Shown: positions 61,495-64,000 of the stretch, piece by piece | How the letters are laid out: every line of letters begins with the position of its first letter | Numbering within the stretch: position 1 is the stretch's first letter | Assembly: GCA_012516125.1 (NCBI GenBank) | Contig: JAAYXB010000027.1 | Location: 102,093-166,092, forward strand | Direction of reading: 5' to 3' | Origin: Bacillota bacterium | GTDB lineage: Bacteria > Bacillota > SHA-98 > UBA4971 | Length of the DNA: 64,000 nt | The notes under the pieces: generated by a model | Database searches by the model: none | What the model was told of the DNA's origin: nothing | The model's input: the letters and a program-made list of their open reading frames with translations, nothing else | Translations under genes and position numbers: made by a program

Positions 61495-61538
61495 TTCAAC
61501 CCCTCGCTCTACTCCGGCCCGGTGGCCTGGCTTCCGGC

Positions 61539-61584
61539 GCACAGCGAATGATGCCCGACGAGAGTCGGGCATCATTCGCTGTGC
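61539..61584 (-). terminator. 21-bp perfect-stem hairpin immediately downstream of rpsU (putative terminator or processing element, no U-tract)
   Basis: GCACAGCGAATGATGCCCGAC-GAGA-GTCGGGCATCATTCGCTGTGC begins 6 nt after the rpsU stop. The following RNA is GC-rich, so intrinsic-terminator function is uncertain. Confidence 0.4.
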
Positions 61585-61589
61585 CAAGG

Positions 61590-61769
61590 CTAGTATCGGA
61601 ACCTGCGCTTGCGCGCGGCCTCAGACTTCTTCTTCCGCCGCACGCTCGGCTTCTCGTAATGCTCGTGCTTCCGAAGTTCAGCGAAAACTCCCGACTTCTG
61701 GCACTCCCGCTTGAACCTGCGGAGCGCGCTATCGAGGGATTCGTTTTTTCCGACACGTACCTCCGACAT
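61590..61769 (-). CDS. rpsU: 30S ribosomal protein S21
   Basis: [60 protein letters not shown] 61769 with GGAGGGAGGGAG RBS. Confidence 0.85.
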   Translation of the reverse strand: MSEVRVGKNESLDSALRRFKRECQKSGVFAELRKHEHYEKPSVRRKKKSEAARKRRFRY

Positions 61770-61881
61770 CCGATCTCCCTCCCTCCGCAACCACGATCTT
61801 TACCCGACGGTGCTGCGACTTGAGGCAGCCAGCTGTGGTGGCGGAGACCAGTCGGGCACTCGCCGAAAAGACCTACGCGAG

Positions 61882-61911
61882 ATTATACCCCAGCGCTCGA
61901 TCATATGTCAA
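61882..61911 (-). promoter_or_regulatory. sigma-A type promoter for rpsU (TTGACA-18-TATAAT)
   Basis: The reverse strand reads TTGACATATGATCGAGCGCTGGGGTATAAT: perfect -35 and -10 hexamers, 18-nt spacer, about 110 nt upstream of the rpsU start. Confidence 0.6.
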
Positions 61912-61970
61912 TCTAGAACCTGCGCTGCGCGCCGCCTGCGCAGCAACCCGCACCGGCCTGCGCAAGGCAG

Positions 61971-62357
61971 TCATCCAGGGGGCCACCCAAGCCGCCTTCC
62001 TCCGAGAACGTGCAGGTGGATGTGGAAGACGCTCTGGCCCGCCTTCTCACCGCAGTTTCCCACCACCCGGAACCCGTCACCCACCCCCAGTTTTGATGCA
62101 AGCCTTGTGGCAACGGTCAGGAGATGCCCCATCAGGGCCTCATCGGGCTCGGCCAGCTCGGCCAGGGAACTTACGTGCCGCTTCGGGATGACGAGCACGT
62201 GAACGGGCGCCTGGGGATTGATGTCACGGAAGGCAAGCGCTTGGTCGTCTTCGTACACGACATCCGCGGGTAATTCTCGGCTGGCGATCTTGCAAAACAG
62301 GCACTCTCGTTCCGCCCCGGCGATGCGCGGACGGGTCTCGGTCTCGGTCGCTGTCAT
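61971..62357 (-). CDS. HIT family (histidine triad) nucleotide hydrolase
   Basis: CLFCKI N-terminal motif and HIHLHVLGG histidine triad. ATG 62357 with GGGAGGG RBS. The track N-terminal extension is artefact. Confidence 0.8.
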   Translation of the reverse strand: MTATETETRPRIAGAERECLFCKIASRELPADVVYEDDQALAFRDINPQAPVHVLVIPKRHVSSLAELAEPDEALMGHLLTVATRLASKLGVGDGFRVVGNCGEKAGQSVFHIHLHVLGGRRLGWPPG

Positions 62358-62379
62358 GGCAGTCCCTCCCTGATGATTA

Positions 62380-63756
62380 TTACTTCTCCCCCAGCCGCTC
62401 TGATCCTTCCTTTGCAACCTCTTGTTGAAGAACTCTTTTCGCCGTGACCCCGCTCGCGTCCGCAGCAACGACGGACACCGGGACAAGCTCTCCTGCGAGG
62501 TCCGCCTCTCCCGGAAACTCGATTCTCACGTAAGTGCTGCCGACCCCACGCACGACACCGCGACCAACCTCATAGCCCTCCACGAGCGCCTCTTCGCGGC
62601 TCCCCACCAGGCTCCGGTGGAACTTAAGCGCAAGCTCGTGCCCAAGCGCGATCATGGTCTCGCTCCGTGCGTGCCTCGTGGCGGGGTCCACCTGCCCTCC
62701 CATGCGGGCGGCCCGGGTCCCGGGCCGCGGCGAGTACGCGAACACGTGCATCCTCGAGAAAGCCATGCGCCTCGCAAACTCGCGGGATCGCGCGAACCTC
62801 TCGTCCGTTTCGCCCGGGAAGCCCACCATGATGTCGGTGGTAATGCCCACGGGCCAGACCTCCTCGCGGATCCGGTCGATAAGACGCTCGTAGTCGGACG
62901 TCCGGTATTTCCTGTTCATCATTGCCAGGATATCATCGTCCCCGCTCTGGAGCGGTATGTGGAAGTGCTTTGCGACCCTCGGAAGGCCCGCCACGGCCCG
63001 TATGAGGCGCTCACCCACATCGAGAGGCTCCACCGAGCTCACCCTCACCCGCCCGAGTCCCGGCACCTCGTGGACACGCTCTACGAGCCACGCAAGGTCC
63101 GGCCGGACGCCGTTCCCCAGCTTGCCCAGGTCCCTGCCGTACGCCCCGAGGTGGATACCGGTTAGGACGATCTCTCTGTGGCCCGCCTCCACGAACCTCT
63201 GCACCTCAGCAAGCACGCTTTCGGGGTCCCGGCTTCTGGACGCCCCACGCGCGTAAGGCACCCTGCAGTAGGAGCAGAACTCATCGCAGCCTTCCTGGAC
63301 CTTGATGAACCTGCGAGTCTTCGCGTGCGGCCCTGCGAGAGGAAGCTCCTCAAAGGGGCCACCGGGACGGCCCCCGCGCACCTCGACCACGGGACCCTGG
63401 CCCTGGATGGCTTTCTCCACAAGGTCCACGAGCTTTCCTCTCTCCCGAATCCCGGCGACCACGTCGACCCCGGGTATGGAAGCAACCTCATCGGGCGCGA
63501 CCTGCGCGTAGCAACCCACCACAGCTACGATGGCTGAACGGTTCCGCCGCTTTGCCCGGCGAATGGCTTGCCTGGACTTCTTTTCACTTGTGCTCGTGAC
63601 CGTGCACGTGTTGATGCAGTACACGTCCGCCGGGGACTCGAAGTCCACGACGTCGTAGCCGCGCTCGCGGAAAAGCCTTGCGAGGCTTTCCGTGTCATAC
63701 TGGTTCACCTTGCACCCTAGAGTGTAGAAGGCGCATCTTCGCGTCTTCTGAGGCAA
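62380..63756 (-). CDS. mtaB: MiaB-like tRNA methylthiotransferase (MtaB/YqeV type)
   Basis: N-terminal MTTase domain (Cys at FYTLGCKVNQYD, INTCTV), radical-SAM CxxxCxxC (CDEFCSYC) and a C-terminal TRAM domain. Position between rsmE and rpsU as B. subtilis yqeV. Confidence 0.8.
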   Translation of the reverse strand: MPQKTRRCAFYTLGCKVNQYDTESLARLFRERGYDVVDFESPADVYCINTCTVTSTSEKKSRQAIRRAKRRNRSAIVAVVGCYAQVAPDEVASIPGVDVVAGIRERGKLVDLVEKAIQGQGPVVEVRGGRPGGPFEELPLAGPHAKTRRFIKVQEGCDEFCSYCRVPYARGASRSRDPESVLAEVQRFVEAGHREIVLTGIHLGAYGRDLGKLGNGVRPDLAWLVERVHEVPGLGRVRVSSVEPLDVGERLIRAVAGLPRVAKHFHIPLQSGDDDILAMMNRKYRTSDYERLIDRIREEVWPVGITTDIMVGFPGETDERFARSREFARRMAFSRMHVFAYSPRPGTRAARMGGQVDPATRHARSETMIALGHELALKFHRSLVGSREEALVEGYEVGRGVVRGVGSTYVRIEFPGEADLAGELVPVSVVAADASGVTAKRVLQQEVAKEGSERLGEK

Positions 63757-64000
63757 CTACCCCATCTCCCCGGCCTCATACAGGATGATGGAAGCCACCA
63801 CGAGACCCGCCGTTTCCGTCCGGAGGATCCTCGGGCCCAGCCCGCATGTGACGGCCCCGCACGCGACAGCCTGTCCAACCTCTTCCCGGGAAAACCCACC
63901 CTCCGGCCCGACGAAGACGAGAATGTCGCGGGCGCCCCGGCGCTCCCGCAGCACCTCTCGGATGCTCCGCGATCTTTCCAGCTCCCAGAGCATGATGATG
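63757..64000 (-). CDS. rsmE: 16S rRNA (uracil1498-N3)-methyltransferase RsmE, 5' end beyond window
   Basis: C-terminal SPOUT region (DILVFVGPEGGFSREEVGQAVACGAVTCGLGPRILRTETAGLVVASIIL). The gene continues past position 64000. Confidence 0.6.
   Translation of the reverse strand, partial: IIMLWELERSRSIREVLRERRGARDILVFVGPEGGFSREEVGQAVACGAVTCGLGPRILRTETAGLVVASIILYEAGEMG

Overview
This window is a GC-rich (roughly two-thirds G+C by eye), almost entirely minus-strand-coded stretch of a spore-forming Firmicute-type chromosome. Gene order closely follows the Bacillus subtilis yqh/yqf/ylo neighbourhoods.

Reading the minus strand from high to low coordinates: rsmE (partial), mtaB, HIT, rpsU, nfeD, floA, a yqfB-position hypothetical, yqfC, yqfD, phoH, pgpH/yqfF, ybeY, dgkA. 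One plus-strand NlpC/P60 gene follows. Then come two DUF881 paralogs, cdd, queA, tgt, yajC, a lipoprotein, two small plus-strand orphan ORFs, an HD-domain protein, secD, secF and the pyr operon (pyrR-B-C-K-D-F-E, with no carAB or pyrP), then purB and a tandem P-loop NTPase. RqcH is on the plus strand, divergent from a P-type Ca-ATPase. After that: yicC, an mIHF-like gene, remA, gmk, rpoZ, coaBC and a complete type IV pilus cluster (pilB, pilT, pilC, pilin, pilD, pilM, pilN, pilO, PilP-like, PilQ secretin). The window ends with pepP, efp, the full spoIIIAA-AH operon, accB, accC and a partial Asp23-family gene at the edge.

I found no rRNA, tRNA or CRISPR array.

The most unusual content is a family of at least six copies (about 90 to 200 bp, both orientations) of a repeat bounded by 14-bp terminal inverted repeats, CTAAGTGAGGGTGC...GCACCCTCACTTAG, with a conserved nested-hairpin core. 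Three copies cluster at 44.0-45.4 kb, interleaved with the two small orphan genes. In five of the six copies the element end lies within about 21 bp of a flanking gene's 3' end, and in four copies it supplies that gene's stop codon.

Other points of note:
- PyrR-type attenuators (PyrR box plus terminator) sit ahead of pyrR and ahead of pyrB.
- There is a perfect sigma-A consensus promoter for rpsU.
- Several genes (spoIIIAF, pilQ, queA, pyrK) carry hexanucleotide-repeat-encoded low-complexity inserts.
- Many long plus-strand ORFs in the track are GC-bias artefacts antisense to real genes.
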